DNA of 64,000 nt from Escherichia coli (GTDB lineage Bacteria > Pseudomonadota > Gammaproteobacteria > Enterobacterales > Enterobacteriaceae), in the NCBI RefSeq assembly GCF_030013595.1, contig NZ_CP122768.1; one strand, written 5' to 3'. This document shows, piece by piece, positions 14,320 through 28,835 of this stretch. The notes beneath the pieces are model-generated. The model saw only the letters and a list, made by a program, of their open reading frames with translations. It did not search any database and was not told the DNA's origin. Both the position numbers and the translations under genes were made by a program. How positions within the stretch are numbered: position 1 is the first letter of the stretch; every line of letters starts with the position of its first letter.

Positions 14320-14545
14320 AACGATTCACTTCAGAGACGCTGAAGTCATGAATATCCAGTTCGAAGGCATCCGCCAATTCACGCCATGTATGATATTCAC
14401 GTCCATCGACGCTAACGTGTTCAGAATCGTTCTGGCTGCGATGAACTTCGCTTTCGCTAATTTCATTGATCGCCGCCAGCAGGGCATCGACATCGACGCT
14501 GACCTCACGTTTTGCGGTATCGCTGTACTCTTTTGCGGTTTTCAT
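14318..14545 (-). CDS. yodD: stress-induced small protein YodD
   Basis: MKTAKEYSDTAKREVSVDVDALLAAINEI...; 75 aa, trimmed from the 80-aa ORF. Confidence 0.8.
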   Translation of the reverse strand: MKTAKEYSDTAKREVSVDVDALLAAINEISESEVHRSQNDSEHVSVDGREYHTWRELADAFELDIHDFSVSEVNR

Positions 14546-14617
14546 CATCTTTCCTCGCAACCGTTACTCTGTTGTTGCCGCCAGTCGTTAAGTCCGCCTG
14601 GCATCTCTTAAGTATAG

Positions 14618-14896
<279 letters not shown>

Positions 14897-14907
14897 TTTA
14901 ATTCAGC

Positions 14908-14933
14908 CTGACTGGTGGGAAACCACCAGTCAG
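14908..14933. terminator. bidirectional hairpin between dsrB and rcsA (ctgactggtgg-gaaa-ccaccagtcag)
   Basis: Perfect 11-bp stem between convergent genes; weak U-tracts on both strands. Confidence 0.45.
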
Positions 14934-14939
14934 AATGTG

Positions 14940-15563
14940 TTAGCGCATGTTGACAAAAATACCATTAGTCACATTATCCGTCAGTCGGACGACATGGTAG
15001 ATAACCTGTTTATTATGCGTTTTGATCTTACGTTTAATATTACCTTTATGCGATGAAACGGTCTTGGCTTTGATATTCATTTGGTCGGAGATTTGAATGG
15101 TTCCCTGACCTGCCATCCACATTCGCAACATACTCGATTCGGTTCGGCTCAATGATAACGTCGGCATATTTAAAAACGAGGTTATCGTTGTCTCTTTTTT
15201 CAGAATATCGCCAAGGATATCGTCGAGAGATTCCGGTTTAATCGATTTAGAACTGATCAATAAATTTTTTCTGACCAATAGATATTCATCAAAATGAACA
15301 TTGGCTATTGCCATAAAAACGATAAATAACGTATTGGGATGTTGATTAATGATGAGCTTGATACGCTGACTGTTAGAAGCATCGTGGATGAAACAGTCCT
15401 CATTAATAAACACCACTGAAGGGCGCTGTGAATCACAAGCTATGGCAAGGTCATCAACGGTTTCAATGTCGTTGATTTCTCTTTTTTTAACCCCTCTACT
15501 CAACAGATACCCGGTTAAACCTAGTCGGGTGTAACTACATAAATCCATAATAATCGTTGACAT
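14940..15563 (-). CDS. rcsA: capsule-synthesis co-activator RcsA (LuxR-type HTH)
   Basis: 207 aa matching RcsA; C-terminal LuxR HTH. Confidence 0.9.
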
Positions 15564-15805
15564 GGCATACCCTCACTCAATGCGTAACGATAATTCCCCT
15601 TACCTGAATATTTCATCATGACTAAACGGAACAACATGGGTCACCTAATGCGCCACTCTCGCGATTTTTCAGGCGGACTTACTATCCCGTAAAGTGTTGT
15701 ATAATTTGCCTGGAATTGTCTTAAAGTAAAGTAAATGTTGCGATATGTGAGTGAGCTTAAAACAAATATTTCGCCGCAGGAGTATCCTGGAAGATGTTCG
15801 TAGGT

Positions 15806-15841
15806 ATTATTTTTCGGATAATCCTTAGGATAACATGATAA
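15806..15841 (-). promoter_or_regulatory. putative RcsAB box upstream of rcsA (TAAGGATTATCCGAAAAATAATACC on minus strand)
   Basis: Minus-strand motif resembling the RcsAB-box consensus TaAGaatatTCctA about 250 bp upstream of the rcsA start. Confidence 0.3.
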
Positions 15842-15852
15842 ACGTTACGGAA

Positions 15853-16638
15853 TTATATTAATGGCAATTCACTAATAATATCAGCCAGCAAATTAAAAAT
15901 TTCACTGAATAAATGTTCGCAAAAAGGCGCAATTAACGGCATTAATGCCGCCATTAAAGAGATGCCGACAGTCAGAGTTAATGGAAATCCAATAACAAAA
16001 ATGGATAATTGCGGGGCCATACGATTAAGTAAACCTAATGCCAGATTCAGTGTCAGCAGCAGAGTAATGAGCGGTAACGCCAGCATCAGCCCGTTAAGGA
16101 AAATCAAACTCCCTGCTTTGGTGAGTGCCAGAAACGCATTGCTGTTCAACGGTTCGCCACCAATCGGCAGGGTGTGAAAGGTATCGACCAGCAGTGAAAT
16201 CAACCATAAATGACCGTTAAATGTCAGGAACAGCAGTAACGCCAGCATATCCATGATACGCGCTAAAACGGGCATATTAAGATGGCTGGCCGGATCGACA
16301 AATGTCGCAAATGACAGCCCCATTTGCAGACCGATAATTTCGCCAGCGGTTCGCACAGCGGCAAAGGCAAATTGCATGGTAAAACCAAGCGCAATGCCGA
16401 TCAGGATCTGCTGCACGGCCAGCCACAGAGCAAAGAACGAAAAAACAGGAACATCGTTGGCAGGTAATGATGGGGCAATGGCGAACGTGATCATCATTGC
16501 CAGACCCAGTTTTACCCGTTTCGGTACGCTACGTTCGCTCAGAATTGGCGCGGTAGAAATGAGCGCCAGCACGCGCAGTAACGGCCAGAAGTACAGACTT
16601 AGCCAGGATAGCCATTGATCGCTTGTCACCTGCAACAT
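15853..16638 (-). CDS. fliR: flagellar export apparatus protein FliR
   Basis: 261 aa multi-TM; last gene of the fliL operon. Confidence 0.9.
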   Translation of the reverse strand: MLQVTSDQWLSWLSLYFWPLLRVLALISTAPILSERSVPKRVKLGLAMMITFAIAPSLPANDVPVFSFFALWLAVQQILIGIALGFTMQFAFAAVRTAGEIIGLQMGLSFATFVDPASHLNMPVLARIMDMLALLLFLTFNGHLWLISLLVDTFHTLPIGGEPLNSNAFLALTKAGSLIFLNGLMLALPLITLLLTLNLALGLLNRMAPQLSIFVIGFPLTLTVGISLMAALMPLIAPFCEHLFSEIFNLLADIISELPLI

Positions 16639-16646
16639 TGTACGGG

Positions 16647-16916
16647 CTACCCGATGATATACGGCAGGTTAGTGAACAAGGTGCGGACGTAATCCAGCAA
16701 CAGATTGAGCATCCACGGTCCGGCAATAATAATGGCGATAAATACGGCGATGATTTTCGGAATAAACGACAGCGTCATTTCGTTAATCTGCGTGGCGGCC
16801 TGCAAAATACTGATGATAAGGCCCGTGACCAACGCTACCAACAATAGCGGGGCAGCCAGTGCCAGCGCGACTTTCATCGCTTCAGTCCCCATCATCATGA
16901 CCGATTCAGGTGTCAT
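16647..16916 (-). CDS. fliQ: flagellar export apparatus protein FliQ
   Basis: 89 aa, two TM. Confidence 0.9.
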   Translation of the reverse strand: MTPESVMMMGTEAMKVALALAAPLLLVALVTGLIISILQAATQINEMTLSFIPKIIAVFIAIIIAGPWMLNLLLDYVRTLFTNLPYIIG

Positions 16917-16925
16917 TTTGCCTCT

Positions 16926-17663
16926 CTAGCTGTAAAAGCTCTGCGCCAGCGAACCGACCAGCAATTGCCAGCCATCCACCAGTACAAACAGCATCAGTTT
17001 AAAGGGCAGAGCAATGGTGGCTGGGGGAACCATCATCATCCCCAATGCCATCAACACGCTGGCAATCACCAGGTCGATAATCAAAAAAGGAATGAAAATC
17101 GTGAAGCCTATCTGAAATGCGGTTTTCAACTCGCTGGTCACGTAGGCCGGGAGCAAAATGCGCATCGGCACGGCTTCAGGTCCCTGCAACGGGCCAGTAT
17201 TTGCCAGTCTGGCAAACAACCCTAAATCCGCCTCACGGGTCTGACGCAGCATAAACTCACGCAGCGGCTGCGCCCCTTTTTCCAGCGCCTCCTGCATTGA
17301 TATTTTCTCTTCGCTGAATGGCTGGTACGCATCGACATAAATTTTATCGATCACCGGCGACATAATAAAAAAGGTCAAAAACAGCGCCAGCCCCAGCAAT
17401 ACCTAGTTAGGTGGTGCGGAGGGCGTTCCCAGCGCGTTACGCAATAAACCAAAAACAATGATGATGCGAGTGAAACTGGTCATCATCAGTAAAATTGCCG
17501 GAATAAACGTCAACGAGGTGATGAACACCAGCGTCTGCACCGGGAGCGACCAGCTTTGTCCACCGCCAGGCAGCGGCTGGCTGGTGATACCCGGCAGTTG
17601 CGCGAAGGCGAGGGGCGTAACCAGCCAGAGAAGGACAGGTGCGACAGACAACAAACGACGCAT
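16926..17663 (-). pseudogene. fliP: fliP interrupted by an in-frame amber codon (TAG at 17403..17405, where the K-12 FliP sequence has Gln87); otherwise full-length 245-codon FliP
   Basis: ORF track splits FliP into 17403..17663 (...SAPPN*) and 16926..17399; the intervening reading is TAG-GTA-TTG = stop-V-L where FliP has N-Q-V-L-L-G. Confidence 0.7.
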
Positions 17664-18031
17664 CAGGATCTCCCGCTACGCTTAAGCAAGTTTTTCATGA
17701 CCGACTGAAAATCGGTCTGCGGTATCTCTTCCGTTGGTGCTGAAGGGGGAAGTTTATGCAGCAGATTGATTTGCCCAGCGGTAACGCCGAGCACCAGCCG
17801 TGCATCTTCTACATCGACCACCACGACCCGTTCACGCGCGCCCAGCGAAGCACTGGCGCTAATTTTCAGACCGTTAACGCCAGTGCGTTTCGGGGCAAAT
17901 CCCAGCCGTTTTACCAACCAGGCAGCAGCGAGGATCAGGGCAATAATGGCGATGAGTGCGCCGCTCACCTGCAGCAGTGGCGCAGCAGAAACCGGCGCGG
18001 AAGATTGCACAGTAGCGTGGTTATTCATCAC
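17663..18031 (-). CDS. fliO: flagellar protein FliO
   Basis: 122 aa, single TM, position between fliN and fliP. Confidence 0.85.
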   Translation of the reverse strand: MMNNHATVQSSAPVSAAPLLQVSGALIAIIALILAAAWLVKRLGFAPKRTGVNGLKISASASLGARERVVVVDVEDARLVLGVTAGQINLLHKLPPSAPTEEIPQTDFQSVMKNLLKRSGRS

Positions 18032-18444
18032 TAACGGCTCAGGCGACGCATCCGCTCAGACGGAGTAATGATATCGGTGATCCGCACGCCATATTTATCA
18101 GCGACTACGACAACTTCGCCCTGAGCAATTAAATAACCGTTGATCAGAATATCCAGCGGTTCGCCCGCCAGACCGTCCAGCGCCACGACGGACCCTTGCG
18201 TCAGACGCAACAGCTCTTTGATGGTCATCCGCGTACGGCCCAGCTCGACGGTCAGCTTGACCGGAATATCCATAATCAGGTCGATATCCTGCAACGTTCC
18301 GCTGACATCACCACCGCCAAATTGCTGGAACACCGCGTCGGCAGCGCTTTTGCTGCTGGTTGATTTTTGTTCGCTCAACGCTTCAGCCCACAGATCGTCC
18401 ATTGCGCCGTTGTTGTCATCGGCCGGATTATTCATGTCACTCAT
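18031..18444 (-). CDS. fliN: flagellar motor switch protein FliN
   Basis: 137 aa, SpoA domain. Confidence 0.9.
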   Translation of the reverse strand: MSDMNNPADDNNGAMDDLWAEALSEQKSTSSKSAADAVFQQFGGGDVSGTLQDIDLIMDIPVKLTVELGRTRMTIKELLRLTQGSVVALDGLAGEPLDILINGYLIAQGEVVVVADKYGVRITDIITPSERMRRLSR

Positions 18445-19445
18445 TTGGGCTGTTCCTCGTTCAGAGAATTTAAAATCGGGTTAATCAAATGTTCTATCCG
18501 TAACGCATACTGGCCGTTGAGAGTGCCGTACTGACTGGTCAGCACCGGGACGCCGTCAACATGGGCGATGATGCGATCGGGTTTTTCTATCGGCAGGACG
18601 TCGCCGGGTTTCAGTTTTAAAATCTGCGACAGGCGTAGCGAGATATCGGCAAAGTTGGCGACCAGCTCCAGCTGCGAATGCTGCACCTGGCGCACCAGGT
18701 TATCGCGCCAGTTCTGATCTTCATTACGCGAGTTTTCCAGCGGCGGGTTAACCAACAATTCCCGTAGCGGCTCGATCATGCTGAATGGCAGGCAGATATT
18801 AAATTCGCCTGTCAGGTTGCCAATCTCCACATGGAACGGCGTGTTAACCACGATGTCGTTCGGCGAGGTGGTGATATTGGTAAATTTCACCTGCATTTCC
18901 GAACGCACGTACTCAACTTCCAGCGGATTAATCGCCTTCCAGGCGTCGCTATAGCCTTCAAGCGCCAGCTTTAACATGCGGTTGATGACGCGCTGTTCGG
19001 TATGGGTAAACTCGCGACCTTCCACTTTGGTCGGGAAGCGTCCATCGCCGCCAAACAGGTTATCCACGGCGATAAACACCAGACTCGGTGAGAACACCAC
19101 CAGCCCTGTGCCGCGCAGCGGTTTCAGATGGATAAGGTTCAGGTTGGTCGGCACCGGCAGGTTGCGGGCAAATTCATGGTACGGCTGAATGCGGATGGCC
19201 CCGACGGTAATGTCCGGGCTACGGCGCAGCAGGTTGAACAGCCCCATACGAAAATGGCGGGCAAAGCGCTCATTAATGATTTCCAGCGCCTGCAAACGTT
19301 CGCGCACAACCCGTCGTTGGGTATTCGGATCGTACGGACGAATGTCACTTTCGCCGCTAACACTGGCTGTCGGTTCGTCTTTGACTTCGCTGTCACCATT
19401 CAACAGCGCATCAATTTCAGCTTGAGAAAGAATACTATCGCCCAT
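18441..19445 (-). CDS. fliM: flagellar motor switch protein FliM (start at MGDSILSQAEIDALL)
   Basis: 334 aa after trimming the 368-aa ORF; CheY-binding N-terminus. Confidence 0.9.
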   Translation of the reverse strand: MGDSILSQAEIDALLNGDSEVKDEPTASVSGESDIRPYDPNTQRRVVRERLQALEIINERFARHFRMGLFNLLRRSPDITVGAIRIQPYHEFARNLPVPTNLNLIHLKPLRGTGLVVFSPSLVFIAVDNLFGGDGRFPTKVEGREFTHTEQRVINRMLKLALEGYSDAWKAINPLEVEYVRSEMQVKFTNITTSPNDIVVNTPFHVEIGNLTGEFNICLPFSMIEPLRELLVNPPLENSRNEDQNWRDNLVRQVQHSQLELVANFADISLRLSQILKLKPGDVLPIEKPDRIIAHVDGVPVLTSQYGTLNGQYALRIEHLINPILNSLNEEQPK

Positions 19446-19449
19446 GTCG

Positions 19450-19914
19450 TTATCGCAGAATAAAAGCGGTATACAGCACGTCGGTGACATCCTGTTTCGG
19501 TTGCCCGGCAACAAGCGGGGTGGAAAGTGTGGTTTTAATCTCGGCAATCAGTTTTTTCTTGCCTTCTTCTGTCGCCAGTACGGCAGCATCCTGACGCGAA
19601 AACAGTAACAGCAAACGGCTACGGACTTCCGGCAAATACTCACTCAGCCGCGAGCGGGTAGCTTCATCTTTCAGGCGCAGGGTTATGCCGATATAAAGCA
19701 CGCGATCCGCATCGCCCAAATTGACCGTAAAGGTATCCAGCGCATAGAAGACCGGTGAGGGCACGACGCGTTGCTGCGCTTTGTCTTCAGCGGCAACCTG
19801 ATGCGAATGCCAGTAGCTGTAACCTGCGCTGGCACAGGCCGCGAGGGTAATGAATACCAGAATCGGGATCCAAAGCGATCGCTTGCTTTTCTTGCTTATC
19901 GCGTAATCAGTCAT
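19450..19914 (-). CDS. fliL: flagellar basal-body-associated protein FliL
   Basis: 154 aa, N-terminal TM. Confidence 0.9.
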   Translation of the reverse strand: MTDYAISKKSKRSLWIPILVFITLAACASAGYSYWHSHQVAAEDKAQQRVVPSPVFYALDTFTVNLGDADRVLYIGITLRLKDEATRSRLSEYLPEVRSRLLLLFSRQDAAVLATEEGKKKLIAEIKTTLSTPLVAGQPKQDVTDVLYTAFILR

Positions 19915-20018
19915 GTGTTGCGGTCTTCCTGTGTCGCTACTGCTTATCGGCTAATTATCCTGCGTCTTGAGCGCAACAAAGCGGGGAAAAGACGCGGATT
20001 ACGGTGCTACCTCTGACG

Positions 20019-21146
20019 TTAGGCGAAAATATCAACGCCGCTGTTGCCTGTTACACGCCCTTGTAAAGAGACGGGAACCGGAAGCGTATCGTCGTCTTCC
20101 CCCGCCAGAGGTTCATGGTTTTCTGTGCGTTGGCTTTGCTGTTGTTGGGAAGCAGCCTGCTGCTGACCACTAAAGCTTTCGCCACTGATGTTGCTTTGCC
20201 CTAACTGAATGCCACTTTCGGCCAGCTGCGTACGCAGTACCGGAAGCGCTGCTTCCAGGGCGGCGCGTACGTGTTGATGCGGTGAAACCATCTGGATTTG
20301 CGCCTGGTTATCATCCACTTTGAGGGAGATTTGCACTTCACCTAAATCCTGTGGGTGCAGACGCAACTCTGCACTTTGTTGCCCCTGGCGGGTGAACAGC
20401 GAAATATGCTGGCTTAATGATTGTTGCCATTCGTGAGAACCCAGCGGTGCACTCAAAACAGGCGCGGCGACGGTAGGCAGTGGCTGTGTCTGGTGTGGAG
20501 TGATTAGCGGGCTGGCGGCAGCAGTCACCGGCGAAGGTGTGCTGATGACTTCCGCTTTACTCTGGGCTTCTGCTACCAGCGGTGTTAATGGCTGAGCTGG
20601 TGTGCTGGGGGCGTCATCAGGCTGTGCTGTTGTGAGTTGCGCAGAAGTCAGTTTTGTGAAGAGCGTTGGTTTCTCTGTCGGTAACACGGTTGACGGCACA
20701 TCAGTCACTTTGGGCGTATTGTCAAAACCCGGCAACATCGCAAAAAGAGCGCTCAGGCTTGCGGTGACGTCTTCATTAAGATCATCCGCTTTTTCGTCTT
20801 TTGTCGTATTGTTGTCAGCCGCCGCAGCCAACGTTATCGTCTGAGCGGTGGTTAACGGTGTTGATGTGGATTGTTCGTCGTTGATGACAGGCGGTGTTTC
20901 ATCCACAGGGATCAGTAAATCCGCTTGTTGCGCGTCTGAAAGAATATCGCTGACCAGCGGCTCGCCTTTTGTCGTGGGCTTATCTGTTGCCACCAGCAAC
21001 TGGGGAGTCGCTTTGTCGGTTGTTGCCTCGCCTGTTAATGCTTCGCTCAACAACGCGAGAAAATCTTGTGCAGCATCGCTGGCTTTGCCGCCAGGCAATG
21101 TGGCGTTATCAACGTCAGCGGTAATCAAGGGCGCTATGCGAATCAT
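20019..21146 (-). CDS. fliK: flagellar hook-length control protein FliK
   Basis: 375 aa, Pro/Thr/Ala-rich, C-terminal FliK domain. Confidence 0.9.
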   Translation of the reverse strand: MIRIAPLITADVDNATLPGGKASDAAQDFLALLSEALTGEATTDKATPQLLVATDKPTTKGEPLVSDILSDAQQADLLIPVDETPPVINDEQSTSTPLTTAQTITLAAAADNNTTKDEKADDLNEDVTASLSALFAMLPGFDNTPKVTDVPSTVLPTEKPTLFTKLTSAQLTTAQPDDAPSTPAQPLTPLVAEAQSKAEVISTPSPVTAAASPLITPHQTQPLPTVAAPVLSAPLGSHEWQQSLSQHISLFTRQGQQSAELRLHPQDLGEVQISLKVDDNQAQIQMVSPHQHVRAALEAALPVLRTQLAESGIQLGQSNISGESFSGQQQAASQQQQSQRTENHEPLAGEDDDTLPVPVSLQGRVTGNSGVDIFA

Positions 21147-21586
21147 TCAGGTTTCCTCATGGCGGCGCGCTGGGCGAACTCATCCATCTTTTTCTGATCG
21201 AGGCGGTTTTCTGCAAGCAGTGCCGCCGTGGATTGCCGTTCCTGCAGTGTCTGCCAGGCCTGCAAACGTTGTTTCTTTTCTCGCCAGCTGTTCAGGGCAA
21301 TGTCAACTTTCTGCGTCCACTGATTAAGTTGCTGGCGATGCTGAGTAATGGCTTTTTCCAGCGTCTGGATAAACTGCTGATAGTTGATCCAGCGGTTGCT
21401 GGTCATCCCGGCACTCATATCGCTATTGAGGTTATTGCGATATTCATTCTGATAATCGATCAGCATTTTGAGCTGTTCTTCCGCCTGCTGACATCCGCGA
21501 CGCATTTCACCCAGCAGGCGCGCGGCATCCTCTACCTCTTTTTCTGCCAGATCTTTCAGGGTCGCCAGCGCGCCATGTTCTGCCAT
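21143..21586 (-). CDS. fliJ: flagellar export chaperone/stalk FliJ
   Basis: 147 aa coiled-coil. Confidence 0.9.
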   Translation of the reverse strand: MAEHGALATLKDLAEKEVEDAARLLGEMRRGCQQAEEQLKMLIDYQNEYRNNLNSDMSAGMTSNRWINYQQFIQTLEKAITQHRQQLNQWTQKVDIALNSWREKKQRLQAWQTLQERQSTAALLAENRLDQKKMDEFAQRAAMRKPE

Positions 21587-21604
21587 CTGCCGTTATCTCC
21601 TGGG

Positions 21605-22977
21605 TTATGACACTGTCGGGAAAATACGCTCCAGCCCCTGGAGAGACGCTTCCCAGTCCGCGCGTTCAAAAATGCCTTGTTGCAAATAGCCCTCCAGCTG
21701 CGGCCACAGGGCGATGGCTTTGTCGAGCATCGGATCGCTGCCTTTGGCATACGCGCCGACGCTAACCAGATCGCGGTTACGCTGAAAACTCGACAACAGC
21801 TGTTTGAAGGTGCGCACTCGCGCGTAATGTTGCTCACTGATCAACGCCGTCATTGCGCGGCTGATCGACGCTTCAATATCGATAGCCGGATAGTGCCCGG
21901 CTTCCGCCAGTCGGCGAGACAGCACAATGTGACCGTCGAGGATGGCCCGCGCGGAGTCGGCAATGGGGTCCTGCTGGTCATCGCCCTCGGTGAGCACGGT
22001 ATAAAACGCGGTAATCGATCCGCCGCCGCTAATGCCATTTCCGGCACGCTCGACCAGTGCCGGTAATTTGGCAAACACCGACGGTGGATAGCCTTTAGTG
22101 GCAGGTGGTTCGCCAATCGCCAGCGCAATCTCACGCTGGGCCATCGCGTAGCGGGTGAGGGAGTCCATAATCAGCAACACATGCTGACCACGATCGCGAA
22201 AATCTTCGGCAATGCGTGTGGCATAGGCGGCACCCTGCATTCGCAGGAGCGGAGAAACATCCGCCGGAGCGGCAATCACCACGGAGCGTGCACGCCCTTC
22301 GGCACCGAGGATATTCTCAATAAAATCTTTTACTTCGCGCCCACGTTCACCAATCAAACCCACGACAATGACATCGGCGCGGGTGTAACGTGCCATCATC
22401 CCCAGCAGCACACTTTTACCAACGCCGGACCCGGCAAACAGCCCCATACGCTGCCCGCGCCCGACGGTAAGCAGGGCATTGATTGGGCGCACGCCGGTGT
22501 CCAGCACATGTTCAATCGGTGTACGTTGCAACGGGTTAAATGGCGGGGTGATCAGCGCACCGGTTTCCGTCGTATCGGGGGAGGGGAGGCCATCGAGCGG
22601 TTTACCGCTGCCATCCAGAACGCGACCTAATAACGCCGGACCGAGCGGCAACTGCTTGCCGCTTTGCAGTCCTTCAGTCGAAATGTTTTTGGCATAAACA
22701 CGCGCGCCGGGCAGGACACCTTCCACTTCCTCCAGCGGCATTAAAAACAGCCGTTGACCGTTAAAGCCAACGACTTCGCTTTCTACTTCGTGAGTTTCGC
22801 TGCCGTTCTGGCGCTCAATCACACAGGTTGCGCCGAGCGGCAATTGTAATCCGGTGGCTTCCAGCACCAGCCCGGTAGCGCGAGTTAATCGCCCGTAGCG
22901 ACGTACCGCAGGCAACTGCGCCATTTTAGCTTCGAAGTTATCCAGCGTGGTTAGCCAGCGAGTCAGGCGCGTGGTCA

Positions 22978-22978
<1 letters not shown>
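21605..22978 (-). CDS. fliI: flagellum-specific ATPase FliI
   Basis: 457 aa, Walker A GSGVGKS. Confidence 0.9.
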
Positions 22979-26303
<3,325 letters not shown>

Positions 26304-26517
26304 CGCGCACCTCGTGGCTGATTATGGACGGCGTTATTGGCAAAGTGGAACAAGACTCACTCCCGGGTCAGCAAACTCGAAAAATTGACGCTCCCATTAT
26401 TTGTGCTTTCGTTTTTTTCTATCCGCCAATAAACCCGTTTTTTTGTTGCTATTTAGCGCCTTTGTCTTATTGACTTACTGGTAGGCTTTGCTACCAGAAA
26501 TTATCCGGGAGATGAAA
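26304..26517. promoter_or_regulatory. divergent fliF / fliE class-2 (FlhDC-dependent) promoter region
   Basis: Intergenic space between divergently oriented fliF and fliE. Confidence 0.5.
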
Positions 26518-26832
26518 ATGTCAGCGATACAGGGGATTGAAGGGGTTATCAGCCAGTTACAGGCTACGGCGATGAGTGCGCGTGCACAGGAATCACTGCC
26601 GCACCCGACCATTAGTTTTGCCGGGCAGCTGCACGCCGCGCTCGATCGCATAAGCGATACACAAACAGCCGCCCGCACGCAGGCAGAAAAATTCACCCTC
26701 GGTGAACCCGGCGTGGCGTTAAACGATGTGATGACCGATATGCAAAAAGCCTCAGTTTCTATGCAAATGGGGATTCAGGTGCGTAATAAGCTGGTGGCGG
26801 CGTATCAGGAAGTGATGAGCATGCAGGTGTAG
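26518..26832 (+). CDS. fliE: flagellar hook-basal body protein FliE (start [10 protein letters not shown])
   Basis: 104 aa. Confidence 0.9.
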   Translation: MSAIQGIEGVISQLQATAMSARAQESLPHPTISFAGQLHAALDRISDTQTAARTQAEKFTLGEPGVALNDVMTDMQKASVSMQMGIQVRNKLVAAYQEVMSMQV

Positions 26833-27236
26833 GTTTTGTAACCTGTTGTTAATTACATCCGATCTCACCGCGTGGGGCATGGATGGGGCAAACTCACTCA
26901 ATTTCTGGTTTAAAATGGAAACCTGATTCTGAAAGTTTTCTGCCATCCACGATCCGTAAACGCGATAAACCCTCTGTTCATCAGAGTGTCTCATTTGACA
27001 CATCACCACGTCGGATGTTGTTACGACCACAGACGCAACAGTAACGTTTGGATAATTTAATCTTTGTTGATGTTTTTATTCATATTCCGGGCAATGGAAA
27101 TAATTAGGCATAATTGTGTCACTGGAATAGAGGTTTCTTGTGGCGCATGTGGAAGGAGCGTCTAAGGACAAGACATATGCGGCTGGTGATGAATAAAGGC
27201 GTAGCACGTCGAATGCAAGAATGTGCTGCGTCTGGC

Positions 27237-27716
27237 TCATGGCAATTCATTATTTTCGCATAGCGTCAATGACAAAAATCGACTGTGTGGATCAAGTTGA
27301 TAATCAGCAAACGGTTCGCAATCAACGAAACCATGCTTCAAATAAAGTTGATGGCAGGCCGTAAATCCAGCCTGTGTACCCGTTTCTAAGCTCAGGCGAT
27401 GAAGGCATCTGTCATGGGCGACCTGCAAAATGTGGCGTAAAATCAGACTGGCGACACCTCGACGTAAATAATTTGGCGCGGTACGCATTGATTTCAGTTC
27501 GCCATGTTTATCATCCAGCAACTTCAGCGCACCAATTCCTGCGAGTTGTTCGCCTTCCCATACTGACCAGAATGTCACTGTCGGGTTACGTAATTTTTGC
27601 ACATCTAAAGCATGACTGCTTTCGGGGGGAGACTGCTGCAGCATGCCGGAAATATGGTAAGCCACTAATGCTTGCACTGCTGGATGGGTGAGATCATCTG
27701 TTTTAATCGTGAACAT
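27237..27716 (-). CDS. yedL: GNAT-family N-acetyltransferase YedL
   Basis: 159 aa, GNAT motifs. Confidence 0.75.
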   Translation of the reverse strand: MFTIKTDDLTHPAVQALVAYHISGMLQQSPPESSHALDVQKLRNPTVTFWSVWEGEQLAGIGALKLLDDKHGELKSMRTAPNYLRRGVASLILRHILQVAHDRCLHRLSLETGTQAGFTACHQLYLKHGFVDCEPFADYQLDPHSRFLSLTLCENNELP

Positions 27717-27892
27717 GACGATTCCGTATTGGTGTTATTTTTGCAATATGCCAACAGGTACTGAAATCTTTGTCTAATAGAGATTTCTTATGACGCAGTA
27801 TTGTTGATCAATAATCTCCAGGCTTATCAGATAGGTTGAATTAACTCCGCTCCCTGGTTTTTAACATTACCCACCGCGCGCGATACCGGGTG

Positions 27893-28495
27893 CTAGGTGA
27901 ACTGGTTTGCTGGCACACAGCCACTGGTAGCGATTTCTGAGGCTTCTTTACCGCCAATATCTTGCCGCATCCATTCCCGCGCAGCTTCTGGCGACAGTAC
28001 CAGTGGGCGGCGGTCATGAATATCTACCAGACCCTGGTCTGCTGCTGCAGTGACAATCAAAAATCCTTCGGCTTCGTCACCGCGCTCGAACGGTGTGCTG
28101 CCTATCGCGGCCATAAAAACAGGTTGTCCGTCAGCGCGATAGATAAAATAAGGCTGTTTTTTGTCGCCTTCTTTTTTCCACTCAAACCAGCCGTCGGCAA
28201 AACAGATTGCCCGACCGTGTTGCCAGAGCGGTTTAAACATGCGACTGGTTGCGGCAGTTTCTACGCGGGCGTTAATCAGCGGCGGTTTATCCCACCATCC
28301 GGGAGCATATCCCCAGAAAACCGGATCCAGATGAAGGTGTTCATCACGTTCACTGAGCAGAAGAACTTTGGTTCCCGGCGCGACGTTGTATCTGCCAATG
28401 GGTTCGGGATCGTAGGGAATATCGCGTTCAATATCTTCCGCGAGAAGCGCAAGGTAATCTTCACGCGTTTGGGATTGGGCAAAGCGTCCACACAT
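27893..28495 (-). CDS. yedK: SRAP-domain abasic-site processing protein YedK
   Basis: N-terminal MCGRF (catalytic Cys2), SOS-response-associated peptidase family. Confidence 0.8.
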   Translation of the reverse strand: MCGRFAQSQTREDYLALLAEDIERDIPYDPEPIGRYNVAPGTKVLLLSERDEHLHLDPVFWGYAPGWWDKPPLINARVETAATSRMFKPLWQHGRAICFADGWFEWKKEGDKKQPYFIYRADGQPVFMAAIGSTPFERGDEAEGFLIVTAAADQGLVDIHDRRPLVLSPEAAREWMRQDIGGKEASEIATSGCVPANQFT

Positions 28496-28601
28496 AGCAA
28501 CCTCCTGAGATCATACTGAAAAGAATAGGAGAGGGGGCGGGTAAAATCTATGTGTCAGAGGCAACGATGTTCCCGCTGTGGGCCACAGCGGGAATGAGGG
28601 A

Positions 28602-28835
28602 TTACTTCTGAATTAAATAACGAATGGTCGGCCCGTCTTGCTGAATATCCAGCACCGTATAGCCGTGATTACGCGCATCCAGTGGAATATTATTGATCGA
28701 CTGCGGACAGTCGCTCACCACTTCCAGGATCTCACCTTTTTTTAATTGCGGCATCGCCTCAAGGGTTGCGACTGCCGGATAAGGGCAGGGTTCACCCACC
28801 ATATCAAGGCGGTAATCAGGAACGATATTTTTCAT
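28602..28835 (-). CDS. yedF: TusA-like sulfurtransferase YedF
   Basis: 77 aa, CPxP motif (EPCPYP). Confidence 0.8.
   Translation of the reverse strand: MKNIVPDYRLDMVGEPCPYPAVATLEAMPQLKKGEILEVVSDCPQSINNIPLDARNHGYTVLDIQQDGPTIRYLIQK

Noticed and set aside
26752-27030. 92-aa minus-strand ORF in the fliE-yedL spacer
   Set aside because: No RBS or homology; the spacer corresponds to an island-empty site.
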